Origin: Clostridia bacterium
GTDB taxonomy: Bacteria; Bacillota; Clostridia; Oscillospirales; CAG-272
Direction: 5' to 3'
Length of the DNA stretch: 64,000 nucleotides
Assembly: GCA_017450945.1 (NCBI GenBank)
Contig: JAFSSP010000020.1
Coordinates: 32,954-96,953 of the forward strand
The notes under the pieces were generated by a model, which was not told the DNA's origin, made no database searches, and saw nothing but the letters and a program-made list of their open reading frames with translations. The position numbers and the translations under genes were made by a program. Within the stretch, counting starts at the first letter, position 1. Each line of letters opens with the position of its first letter. Positions 37,591-46,181 of this stretch are shown one piece after another.

Positions 37591-38748
37591 TTATCGCAAA
37601 GTGAGGATCCGGTCAGAGGTCAAAAGATTTTCCACCGAATAGACAAGGAGCAATCGTTCCGGCCTGTACTCATCAAGCAGAGCCGAGAGATCGGTAAACT
37701 CCCTTCTTGTCGAAGAAAGGTTGACAAGGATCAGATCAAAATGCAGTGCCAGAAAAGGCGCCATGCTGTTGGCAAAGCTGTCCTTTGCCACAAGCAGAAG
37801 CGGGCGCGATTCCCCATTCTTTTTGCGGATGGTGACAATATCGTGCGTGCCGTCAAGGAAGATCGCGTAATGATCCTTTTTTGCAAGCGCGTCAAAGGCG
37901 TACAGCCCGGAGAGCTCTTTGCCGTCGGCGGTCACTTCGTATTCCTCTTCCCTGCCGGAAAGAAAAATCTCCACCTTGTCGGGGCTTAAAAATTTCATGC
38001 CGGACGCCGAGGCAAGCGTGCCGAAAAAGGATGTGGAAACGACCCGCCTCTCAAAGGAATCGACAGGCAGGATCTCCTCTTCCATGCCAAAGGAGCGCAT
38101 CACTTCTGTATAAGCATAGTAGGCACCGAGGCTTGTCCAGTGGTGATCGGTCTTGTACCAGACCGCCTCGCCGCTTTCATAGGCGCTTTGCAGTTTTTCG
38201 CAGAGATCTCTGTATCCGACCTCTGAGAGTTCCTCCCGAAGTTGTGAAATGACCGCGCGGCTCGTTTGATCGGGGTAAGAAAAAGCGGAGGAGGCTACAT
38301 CGATCGCGCGCGGCGGGAGCAAAACGGTTACAGGGAGTTCGGCTTTTTGGCAAAATTCTTTCAGAATCCCGGTTTTCTTTGAAAGGTCATCCCTGTCGTA
38401 GGCGTCGGTCGGGCTGATAAAGCCGGGCAGGCGGAAGAGCCTTCGCGCAAGCTGACCGCTTTCCCCGAGCAAAATGCCGTTATTCTCCCCCTTTCCGAGA
38501 GAGAGCTCCAAGACGGCTTTGGCACCTACAAAAGCGTCGCGCAAAGGAAACTGATCGGCATAATAGGTCGAAAGCTCCCCCGAAAAATCGCCGGACAGAA
38601 GACTTGAAAACCGAAGCTCCGGGAAACCCTGCAAGGGGCGGTTCTCTTCTGCCGAAACCGCCCGGTCGGGTAAGATCCAGAACCAAAGTCCAAAGCAAAA
38701 GAGCGCCGCGCAGAACAGGACGGCGGTAAGGTACCAAGTTTTTTTCAT
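37591..38748 (-). CDS. DHHW-family protein (extracytoplasmic partner of MBOAT O-acyltransferases)
   Basis: N-terminal signal anchor and the eponymous motif in WYKTDHHWTSLGAYYAY. Lies 9 nt downstream of the MBOAT gene. Confidence 0.8.
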   Translation of the reverse strand: MKKTWYLTAVLFCAALFCFGLWFWILPDRAVSAEENRPLQGFPELRFSSLLSGDFSGELSTYYADQFPLRDAFVGAKAVLELSLGKGENNGILLGESGQLARRLFRLPGFISPTDAYDRDDLSKKTGILKEFCQKAELPVTVLLPPRAIDVASSAFSYPDQTSRAVISQLREELSEVGYRDLCEKLQSAYESGEAVWYKTDHHWTSLGAYYAYTEVMRSFGMEEEILPVDSFERRVVSTSFFGTLASASGMKFLSPDKVEIFLSGREEEYEVTADGKELSGLYAFDALAKKDHYAIFLDGTHDIVTIRKKNGESRPLLLVAKDSFANSMAPFLALHFDLILVNLSSTRREFTDLSALLDEYRPERLLLVYSVENLLTSDRILTLR

Positions 38749-38757
38749 GCGGCCTCC

Positions 38758-40167
38758 TCAAAAATTGAAATAGGCGAAGGGACTGTAGCTGGAATCCACC
38801 AGATACGCGGAAGAAAGAAAGAGCGCTATCAGGCAGACGGCCGGCGCGAGAAAAGAGAGCTTTGGATGAGCGGCAAACAGCCGCGTGGTAACCCGCCTCG
38901 GCAGCGGCGTTGCTCCCAGGCAGGCGATCGCCAAAAGCGGAAGCATGTGCAAAAATTGATAGCTTGAGAGCGTTGATGAGAGTCCGACCGTCCCGATCCC
39001 GAAGAGTGCGGAAAACCAATTCCCCGCCTCGATAAATCCGCTCGAAGAGAAGAGCAAAAAGCCGAAGAGCGTCAACAGAATCGTATAAAGATGCCTGAAT
39101 AACCTCGGTAATTTTTCTAAAAGCCTTGATAAAAAGAGCTTTTCGAGAATCAACAAAACGCCGTAATAGAGTCCCCATAGGATAAAATTCCAACCCGCGC
39201 CATGCCAGAATCCGGTCAAAAGCCAGACGATCAAAAGGTTTCGCAACGTCGTGAGCTTTCCTTTTTTGTTGCCGCCAAGCGGAATATAAACGTACTCTTT
39301 GAACCAGGAGGAAAGCGAGATGTGCCAGCGCCGCCAGAAGTCGGTGATGCTCGTCGCGCAGTACGGGTAGTGAAAGTTCTCGGGAAAGTCAAAGCCGAAC
39401 ATCTTACCAAGCCCCAGCGCCATATCGGTGTATCCCGAAAAATCAAAATAGAGGTGCAAAGAAAACAGAATGGCCGCAAGCCATGCGGCATCCACGGTGG
39501 GATGCAGGGCAAGAAGCGTTTGATAGTACTCGTACCCGGAAGCAAGCAGGTCGCCGAGAAGCATCTTTTTTGCAAGTCCCGCACAAAAGCGGATGGCGCC
39601 GGCGGCAAAGCCTTCTACGGTTTCCTTTCTTTCGGTCAGTTGCCGATCGATCTCACGGTAGCGCACGATCGGGCCTGCAATGAGCTGTGGAAAGAGCGTC
39701 ACATAGGTGCCGAACAAAAGATAGTTTCTCTGCACCGCGCATTCACCACGCCAAAGATCAACCGTATAAGAGAGAATCTGAAAGGTGTAGAAGGAGATCC
39801 CGATGGGAAGCATCAGCCCCGCGATCGGAGAAAGCGTGATGCCTGGCAACGCCGAGATCATCCCGGCAAAGAAATTGTAATACTTGAAAAAGAACAAAAA
39901 GGAGAGCGTCACAAGGATCGATGCGATCGCAGTTCGCTTCGCTTTTTTTGGATTTACAAGGAGGTATTTTTCGATCCGGAGCCCAAAGCAAAACGCGGTT
40001 GTGATCGAGAGGAGCATGAGAAAGAGATAGACCGGCTCTCCGTAGGCATAAAACAAAAGGCTTGCAAAAAACAGCACCGGATTGCGCGCCCGCCTCGGCA
40101 AAAGATAATAGGCCGCAAGCGTCAAAGGCAAAAAGCCGAACAAAAAAAGAAGTGAAGAAAAGACCAT
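38758..40167 (-). CDS. MBOAT-family membrane O-acyltransferase (AlgI/DltB-like)
   Basis: Polytopic protein. The conserved His region is FWRRWHISLSSWFKEYVYIPLGGN. I place the start at ATG 40165-40167 (MVFSSLLFLFGFLPL) after GGGAG. Confidence 0.9.
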   Translation of the reverse strand: MVFSSLLFLFGFLPLTLAAYYLLPRRARNPVLFFASLLFYAYGEPVYLFLMLLSITTAFCFGLRIEKYLLVNPKKAKRTAIASILVTLSFLFFFKYYNFFAGMISALPGITLSPIAGLMLPIGISFYTFQILSYTVDLWRGECAVQRNYLLFGTYVTLFPQLIAGPIVRYREIDRQLTERKETVEGFAAGAIRFCAGLAKKMLLGDLLASGYEYYQTLLALHPTVDAAWLAAILFSLHLYFDFSGYTDMALGLGKMFGFDFPENFHYPYCATSITDFWRRWHISLSSWFKEYVYIPLGGNKKGKLTTLRNLLIVWLLTGFWHGAGWNFILWGLYYGVLLILEKLFLSRLLEKLPRLFRHLYTILLTLFGFLLFSSSGFIEAGNWFSALFGIGTVGLSSTLSSYQFLHMLPLLAIACLGATPLPRRVTTRLFAAHPKLSFLAPAVCLIALFLSSAYLVDSSYSPFAYFNF

Positions 40168-40346
40168 ACGCGCTCCCAAAACAGCAGGCCAAAGCATCCT
40201 GCCGTTTTTTGCTTTTTTGACAGTATTCCCCGCTTTTGCAAGGAAAAAACAAGGATTTTTCTCCCAGAATTTGGGTTGCATGAGGATTTGTGATCGCGGT
40301 CAATACTTCCTTTGAAAAACAAAAAATTCTTTTTTGGGAGGCGCCG

Positions 40347-41120
40347 ATGCACTATAACAAAGTGGAGATTTGCGGGGTCAATACCGCCCAGCTGAAGACC
40401 CTTTCGGACGAAGAAAAAAAGGCCCTTCTTTTGCGGGCACACGCCGGAGACGCGGCGGCAAGAGAAGAACTCATTGAGGGAAATCTTCGCCTCGTGCTCT
40501 CAATCATCCAGCGTTTTTCCAACCGCCGCGAGAATCTCGACGATCTCTTTCAGGTGGGCTGCATCGGCCTTGTCAAAGCGGTCGACCACTTCAACACCGA
40601 GCTTGACGTCAAGTTTTCCACCTATGCCGTGCCGATGATCGTGGGAGAGATCCGCAGGCATTTGCGCGACAACGGCTCGATCCGCGTCAGCCGCTCTACA
40701 AGAGATTTGGCCTACCGGGCTCTCCAGGCGCGCGAGGAACTGCTTGTCAAAAAAGAGAGCGAGCCGAACGCCGAGGAGATCTCGGAGCATCTCGGCGAAA
40801 GAAAGCGCGACGTTCTGCGCGCCATGGAAGCGATCGCCGAGCCGATCTCGCTTTACGAGCCGGTCTACAACGAGGGCGGCGACGCGCTCTATCTCATGGA
40901 CCAGCTTTCGGATTCCTCGGACGGCGACGAGCTTTGGCTGGAAAACATCGTCCTGAAAGAAGCGCTTGCAAAGCTCGGTGAGCGTGAAAGAAAGATCATT
41001 CAACTGCGCTTTTACGAAGACAAGACGCAAATGGAGATCGCAGAGGAGATCGGGATCTCGCAGGCGCAGGTCTCGCGTCTGGAAAAAGCGGCGCTCGGAA
41101 AAATGAAAAAAGAGTTCTGA
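40347..41120 (+). CDS. sigG: Sporulation sigma factor SigG (sigma-70 family, SigF/SigG subgroup)
   Basis: MHYNKVEICGVNTAQLKTLSDEE parallels the B. subtilis SigG N-terminus as I recall it (MSRNKVEICGVDTSKLPVL). Also GNLRLVLSIIQRF, FSTYAVPMIVGEIRRHLRDN, and ISQAQVSRLEKAAL. Confidence 0.88.
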   Translation: MHYNKVEICGVNTAQLKTLSDEEKKALLLRAHAGDAAAREELIEGNLRLVLSIIQRFSNRRENLDDLFQVGCIGLVKAVDHFNTELDVKFSTYAVPMIVGEIRRHLRDNGSIRVSRSTRDLAYRALQAREELLVKKESEPNAEEISEHLGERKRDVLRAMEAIAEPISLYEPVYNEGGDALYLMDQLSDSSDGDELWLENIVLKEALAKLGERERKIIQLRFYEDKTQMEIAEEIGISQAQVSRLEKAALGKMKKEF

Positions 41121-41124
41121 CAAC

Positions 41125-41154
41125 AAAAAAGCCGTTGCAAGCAACGGCTTTTTT
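41125..41154. terminator. Bidirectional terminator between sigG and the ABC-2 operon
   Basis: AAAAAAGCCGTTGC-aa-GCAACGGCTTTTTT. Confidence 0.8.
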
Positions 41155-41172
41155 GTTTGGAAAGATTGGTTT

Positions 41173-42651
41173 TTACACTTCCCTGCGCACAAAGGCATCC
41201 CAGGCGGTCCAGATGAGAACCACCAGGTGAAGCGCTACGATAACGATGGCAAGCGGAAGCGAATGATGGACAAAGCCGGTCGACTTGTTGACGATGGCGG
41301 CAAAATCCCAGTTTGCAAAAATGAAGTAGCGGGCAAAATCCAGGCCTGCAAGCTGCATGATCATCACAACAATGCTTGCATTGAAGGAGATTGCAAGGCT
41401 GATTCCGATCGAAAGCGCGGAGCTGCGCGAAAGGGCGGACAGTGCAAAGGCAAAGGTCGTCATAACCAGCACCTTGACGCTCGCCGAAAGATAGCGAACG
41501 AACAACAGCCAGTAAGGAGAAGTTGTTACCACCTCGCCGCCCTTGACCGACAGCGCGGGACGGAAAGCGTCGACTGTTCCGTTGAAGGCAAGCGACATCA
41601 AAAAGCTCAAAAGGAAAACGCCGGTCGTCGCCAGCACTCCGAAAAGGAGCGTGGTGGCATACTTGGACATCAAAATCTTCCAGCGTCTTGCCGGATTGAT
41701 GAGCAAAAATTTTATGGTTCCTGCGGAAAACTCGCTGGAAACAATGCTACCGCCAATGACAATGCAGAGCACCGCAACATATTCGAGGAAGGTGACCGAA
41801 TAGAGCATCGAGTTCCAGAACGGGCTTTCTCCGTCTCCGCCTTCAAACAACGTGAAGATGGCTCTGAAGGCTTCCGGAATATCGCTGGAAACCGGTTCAA
41901 AAGAGTCGGCCGGATTGCGCTCCTGGTTGTGATCCAGGCGATAAACGCCAAGCGTGATCTGGTCTTTTGCCCTGTTGTACTGAACCTCCGAATACCCGGC
42001 AAGACCTTCCTTTTGCAGGCGCTCCTGATCGAGCTTGGTGAACTTTGCGCCAACCACTTCATTCAGAGTGCCGTAGCGCCAATCCGAAGAGGTCGGCTCA
42101 ATACTATGGTCGATCAGATAGCGGTAAGCCCATTCATAAATCTCTCGACGCTCGGGATCGGAGTCCTTCAGCACGTCTTCAAAAGTCCAGGCGTAGTAAG
42201 CGGCAAGATCCTTGTTTTCTACCATTGCAGAAAGCTTTGCAGCCCGCTCTTCTTCAAACACGGTCGCATAGATCATTTCATGAATGATATTTCCGGATCG
42301 TTCGCCATCGGGAAGGTTGGAGGACCATCTTGTTTCATATCTCCAGTCATCGCTCGAGATCGCATGGTCGATCAGGTAGCTGTAGTAATCCACTTCCACT
42401 TTTGCCGTTTTGACCCACACCTCATCCGGGCCGTACTGGCTTTTGAGTTCCTCATAGTTCTGCTTTGCGCGCTGAAGGTCGTCCTGCCAGTAATTCTCCG
42501 GGGTGTAAAAAGATTCCAGCACCTGATTGGCGTTGCCGATCAACGAAGAAAAGAGGGTTACGGCAGTCAAAAAAATGAGCATGATCCAGGTGGCAACCTT
42601 GGAAAACTGCTTTTTCCATTCGTTGCCGATCAAACGACAGAATTTAGCCAA
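41173..42651 (-). CDS. ABC-2-type transporter permease with a ~250-aa extracytoplasmic insertion after the first transmembrane segment
   Basis: First segment WIMLIFLTAVTLFSSLI, then a long soluble region, then about five C-terminal hydrophobic segments. Start is TTG 42649-42651 after GGAGGGA, overlapping the ATPase stop by 8 nt. Confidence 0.75.
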   Translation of the reverse strand: MAKFCRLIGNEWKKQFSKVATWIMLIFLTAVTLFSSLIGNANQVLESFYTPENYWQDDLQRAKQNYEELKSQYGPDEVWVKTAKVEVDYYSYLIDHAISSDDWRYETRWSSNLPDGERSGNIIHEMIYATVFEEERAAKLSAMVENKDLAAYYAWTFEDVLKDSDPERREIYEWAYRYLIDHSIEPTSSDWRYGTLNEVVGAKFTKLDQERLQKEGLAGYSEVQYNRAKDQITLGVYRLDHNQERNPADSFEPVSSDIPEAFRAIFTLFEGGDGESPFWNSMLYSVTFLEYVAVLCIVIGGSIVSSEFSAGTIKFLLINPARRWKILMSKYATTLLFGVLATTGVFLLSFLMSLAFNGTVDAFRPALSVKGGEVVTTSPYWLLFVRYLSASVKVLVMTTFAFALSALSRSSALSIGISLAISFNASIVVMIMQLAGLDFARYFIFANWDFAAIVNKSTGFVHHSLPLAIVIVALHLVVLIWTAWDAFVRREV

Positions 42652-43591
42652 TTTGCTGTCCCTCCCCTCCGGTAAGCTCAATGAACACGTCCTCAAGACG
42701 CTTGTTCTCCTTTTTGGATACGGTGTAAAGCGAAAGCCCGGCTCTCACCAGAGTCTCGTTGGCTTTTGCAATGGATGCAAGCGCCTCCTCTTTTGGGAAG
42801 ACCAGATCGATCGCGCCATCTTCGGTGGGAAGGATCTCGATCCCGAAAGCCTCGGAAAGCACTTCGGCGCCCTTTTTGGCATCGTCCAAGGTAATAACAA
42901 ACTCTTCTCTGCCGATCCCGGCGGCCGAAACCAACTCGGCGATTGGATGGACGCTGATCAGCGTTCCGTTTGCAATCACGCCGACGCGATCGCACATCAT
43001 CTCCATCTCGCTCATCAAATGACTGGAGACCATCACGGCAACGCCCTCTTTGTGAGCAAGGTCTTTGAGCACGTCGCGCAGATCCTTGATGCCGGCAGGA
43101 TCGAGTCCGTTGGTCGGCTCATCGAGGACAAGAAGCCTCGGATGGTGCAGAATCGCCTGCGCCACGCCAAGCCGCTGGCGCATACCGAGCGAATAGCGGC
43201 CGACCTTCTCCTTGATGCGGTTTTCGAGCCCCACCATGCGCACCACTTCGTCGATCCGCTCTTTCGGGATGCCGCCGCGCATATTGGCATACTGAACGAG
43301 GTTGTCGTAGCCCGAAAGATAGCGATAGAATTCCGGATTTTCCACGATGGCGCCGAGGTTCGAGAGCGCGCCTTCAAACTGCTTTGCAAGATCGTTGCCT
43401 GCAATCGTAATTCTTCCGTGATCGAGCGTGAGCAGCCCTACCACCACCTTGATGAGCGTGGTTTTTCCGGCACCGTTCGGGCCGAGAAAGCCAAAGACTT
43501 CCCCGCTGTAGGTCTCAAAGGAGATATCATGTAAAATCTCTTTTGCACCGAGGGATTTGGTCAAATGTTCGATTTTTAAGATCTCTTCCAT
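42644..43591 (-). CDS. ABC transporter ATP-binding protein (ABC-2/DrrA-like subfamily)
   Basis: GFLGPNGAGKTT, YSLGMRQRLGVA and LVLDEPTNGLD motifs. ATG 43589-43591 follows GGGGGGA. Confidence 0.92.
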   Translation of the reverse strand: MEEILKIEHLTKSLGAKEILHDISFETYSGEVFGFLGPNGAGKTTLIKVVVGLLTLDHGRITIAGNDLAKQFEGALSNLGAIVENPEFYRYLSGYDNLVQYANMRGGIPKERIDEVVRMVGLENRIKEKVGRYSLGMRQRLGVAQAILHHPRLLVLDEPTNGLDPAGIKDLRDVLKDLAHKEGVAVMVSSHLMSEMEMMCDRVGVIANGTLISVHPIAELVSAAGIGREEFVITLDDAKKGAEVLSEAFGIEILPTEDGAIDLVFPKEEALASIAKANETLVRAGLSLYTVSKKENKRLEDVFIELTGGEGQQIG

Positions 43592-43605
43592 TTTGATCCC
43601 CCCGA

Positions 43606-44265
43606 TCACCAGTAATAATTGCCGGGCGTAAACGAAACGATTTTCCACTCGCCCTTGACCCGATACAATTCAAACACCATATTGAAAAAAACGGTATCAT
43701 CGGTGTAAGACGGCTCCTCGGCCTGCGCGTTGCTTTGCGAGCCATTATCGAATTCATTATCGGCCGCGTAATCCATAAAGTATCCGTAGAAAAAGTCCCC
43801 GCTCTTCCCCGCGTACCGGATCTTGACGTCAACGCTCAGCTTCACCGTGGCGCGGTTCGGGCCGTCTTTTTTGATGCTGACCCGATCTCCTTTCAGCTGA
43901 ACCTCTGCAGAAGAAAGTAGTATTGATACCTTTTGCTCGAGATACTTGTTGTAAAACAGGCGCACATCGTTCACACCGTACCCGGAATATTCGTCCTGCG
44001 GCAGTTCCCCATACCAGTAGGCTTTGAGCACCCGATTCATTTTGTCCTTTTGCGCGGCTACGGTAGCCGCAGGAAGCACTTGACCAACCTCTCCCTGCAG
44101 ATTGCATTGAAGATCGAGAAGGTCGGTCAGATAAGACTCGCACTGATCTTCAATCACCGGTTTTTCCCGATCGAACTGAACTTCTTGTACCACGATGTAT
44201 CCGATCAAAAAGATGAGCAGCGCGGCGCCGAGAAGCAGTCCCCGGTTGACTTTTTTCCAGAACAT
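43606..44265 (-). CDS. Hypothetical membrane-anchored extracytoplasmic protein, first gene of the ABC-2 operon
   Basis: N-terminal anchor LLLGAALLIFLIGYIVV. RBS AAAGGAG. Its stop is 14 nt before the ATPase start. Confidence 0.65.
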   Translation of the reverse strand: MFWKKVNRGLLLGAALLIFLIGYIVVQEVQFDREKPVIEDQCESYLTDLLDLQCNLQGEVGQVLPAATVAAQKDKMNRVLKAYWYGELPQDEYSGYGVNDVRLFYNKYLEQKVSILLSSAEVQLKGDRVSIKKDGPNRATVKLSVDVKIRYAGKSGDFFYGYFMDYAADNEFDNGSQSNAQAEEPSYTDDTVFFNMVFELYRVKGEWKIVSFTPGNYYW

Positions 44266-44311
44266 AAACGGCTCCTTTCAAGAAAAAAAGCTTTCTTCGT
44301 TTCCACTTGTA

Positions 44312-44340
44312 ATCATAACATGCAAAAATCAAAAAGTCAA
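44312..44340 (-). promoter_or_regulatory. Putative sigma-A promoter of the ABC-2 operon
   Basis: Minus strand reads TTGACT (44340-44335), 17-nt spacer, TATGAT (44317-44312). Confidence 0.6.
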
Positions 44341-44343
44341 TAG

Positions 44344-44372
44344 AAAAAAGGCGACAAACTTGTCGCCTTTTG
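44344..44372 (-). terminator. Rho-independent terminator after the CAT/E2-like gene
   Basis: AAGGCGACAA-gt-TTGTCGCCTT followed by T6 on the minus strand. Confidence 0.7.
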
Positions 44373-44380
44373 AAAGCCGT

Positions 44381-45298
44381 TCAGTCCACGTCCTCGAGGA
44401 TTTCGGTCGGTTTTTCGTTCAGCACCTCGGGGTTTTCCACGTAGCGTTTGAAGAGTTTGAAGGCCGAGGCGTAGTAAAATCCGTCGCAGATGCGCTCGTC
44501 GGTCACGGCCTTGAGTTCGATAAATTTTTTGGTATAGACCCCGCCCTCGCCGTCATAGCAGATCACCGATTTGCGCCCGCCGTAGGAAAGGAAGACCGGC
44601 AGGTTGCCAAAATTGTAGATGTGGTGATAGATCGGCCGGATACCGAGAGAACCCATGCTGGTGATGATCATGCTCCCGTGGAAGGGGCTGACCTTAAGTA
44701 ACGATTTGGGAAGGATGCCAATGTAGTCGAGAAACCGGAGCAGTCTCATCGTCCAGCGACAAAGGAAGCCCGGAATGCGCGTGAGGATCTTATTGACCTT
44801 ATCAAAATCGCTGGTTTTTTCGGCGGATGCGTGCACTTCTTCAACCACGGCGTTGAATTTCTCATAGATCTCGTCGACCGTGTCGCAGGGATCGAATTCC
44901 ACCTTGATGCAAGTCTCCTCGGCAGAGCGCTCCATCGACTTTTTGATGGTCATGACCACCTCGATGTTGTTGCGGTGGTAGAGCTTTTGCCCGCTGATGA
45001 AGCGGTTGATCGCCGGGCGAGTTGCAAGCATCCGCACATAGGCGGCGAGCATCACATGCAAAACGCTGAAGTTGGTCATGCCGCTCTTGACCTTCTCGCG
45101 GCAGAACACATCGGTCTTTGTGACGTCAAAGCGATCCGAATAGGTGTTGCAGGCGTCGCAGCGCATGGGCATGATATAGGGTGTAAACTTGAGCACCGCG
45201 TCAATGTTGCGAACCCGATAGCCGTCTGAACGGTCGCCGAGTTTGCGGCGGCGCTTTTTTGCTCTCTGCTCTTTCTTTTCCTTTTTTTCTTTTGCCAT
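44381..45298 (-). CDS. Stand-alone homolog of the 2-oxoacid dehydrogenase E2 / chloramphenicol acetyltransferase-type catalytic domain, with a poly-basic N-terminal tail
   Basis: C-terminal [16 protein letters not shown] aligns with the DHRxxDG (E2) and HHAVCDG (CAT) active-site segments. N-terminus is [19 protein letters not shown]. Family assignment is from motif recognition only. Confidence 0.6.
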   Translation of the reverse strand: MAKEKKEKKEQRAKKRRRKLGDRSDGYRVRNIDAVLKFTPYIMPMRCDACNTYSDRFDVTKTDVFCREKVKSGMTNFSVLHVMLAAYVRMLATRPAINRFISGQKLYHRNNIEVVMTIKKSMERSAEETCIKVEFDPCDTVDEIYEKFNAVVEEVHASAEKTSDFDKVNKILTRIPGFLCRWTMRLLRFLDYIGILPKSLLKVSPFHGSMIITSMGSLGIRPIYHHIYNFGNLPVFLSYGGRKSVICYDGEGGVYTKKFIELKAVTDERICDGFYYASAFKLFKRYVENPEVLNEKPTEILEDVD

Positions 45299-45333
45299 AG
45301 AAATCCCTTCCGTGCATTTTGGAATTTATCCTT

Positions 45334-45362
45334 ATTATATCTGTTTTTTTGCGATTCTGCAA
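45334..45362 (-). promoter_or_regulatory. Putative sigma-A promoter of the CAT/E2-like gene
   Basis: Minus strand reads TTGCAG (45362-45357), 17-nt spacer, TATAAT (45339-45334). Confidence 0.55.
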
Positions 45363-45389
45363 GCCTTTTGAAAAATTTGATCCATTTTC

Positions 45390-45418
45390 TTGCATTTCTG
45401 CAACGAATCGTGTATAAT
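45390..45418 (+). promoter_or_regulatory. Putative sigma-A promoter of rnhA
   Basis: TTGCAT (45390-45395), 17-nt spacer ending in TG, TATAAT (45413-45418). Confidence 0.65.
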
Positions 45419-45448
45419 TCAAATAGTATTTTGATGGAGGAGACCTCT

Positions 45449-45883
45449 GTGAAACACGTGGAAATTTACACCGACGGCGCCTGCCGGGGCAATCCGGGCA
45501 AAGGCGGCTGGGGCGCGATTCTGGTTTACGGAAACAAGGAAAAAGAATTGTCCGGCGGCGAAGCCTTGACCACCAACAACCGCATGGAGCTGACCTCGGT
45601 GATCGAAGCGCTCTCGGCCTTAAAGGAGCCCTGTCGCGTCACTCTGACGTCCGACTCCAAATACGTCGTAGACGCCATCGAAAAAGGCTGGGCGCGTTCC
45701 TGGCAATCGAACGGCTGGAAAAAGGCCGACCGAAAGCCTGCGCTCAACCCCGATCTTTGGGAAAAACTTCTTGCCTTGCTCGACAAGCACGAGGTCACCT
45801 TCGTTTGGGTCAAAGGGCACGACGGACATCCCTACAACGAGCGCTGTGATCAGCTTGCAACAACCTTTGCGGACAGTCTTTGA
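45449..45883 (+). CDS. rnhA: Ribonuclease HI
   Basis: [22 protein letters not shown]...TNNRMEL...[15 protein letters not shown]. The GTG at 45449 lies 6 nt after GGAGGAG. ATG 45434 is too close to the predicted transcription start and has no RBS. Confidence 0.9.
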   Translation: MKHVEIYTDGACRGNPGKGGWGAILVYGNKEKELSGGEALTTNNRMELTSVIEALSALKEPCRVTLTSDSKYVVDAIEKGWARSWQSNGWKKADRKPALNPDLWEKLLALLDKHEVTFVWVKGHDGHPYNERCDQLATTFADSL

Positions 45884-45908
45884 TATTTCCTTTTCACCAT
45901 AGAAAAAG

Positions 45909-46177
45909 GCTGAAACGCCTCATCCGACTTCGCTGCGCTCAGCCACCTTCCCCCACCGGGGAAGGCTCAAAAAGCGAATGCCGAAATTAGAATCGTCATA
46001 CGATTGAAAGCAAAAAATATTACTCACCATAATAGAACTTGAGCTACACAAAAAGTTTTAAGCATTCTATAAAATTTTGAAATTCGCCCCAATTGCCCAC
46101 GATGAATGGCAACCACCCAAAGGCCTTCCCCAGTAGGGGAAGGTGGCACGGCGAAGCCGTGACGGATGAGGTGCCCA
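45909..46177. mobile_element. MITE-like element: inverted pair of two-hairpin modules around a 156-bp AT-rich core, flanked by a 10-bp direct repeat
   Basis: The left module (45918-45966) and the reverse complement of the right module (46123-46171) are identical at 39 of 49 positions in an ungapped hand alignment. ATAGAAAAAG occurs at 45899-45908 and 46178-46187. No coding capacity. Confidence 0.45.
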
Positions 46178-46181
46178 ATAG

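Noticed and set aside
38480-40442. Alternative-frame ORFs inside and around the MBOAT gene: 38480..39193, 39202..40155, 39758..40303 and 40122..40442.
   Set aside because: They overlap the well-supported MBOAT reading frame, which has the conserved His motif and is hydrophobic throughout. They translate to Arg/Pro/Gly-rich nonsense.
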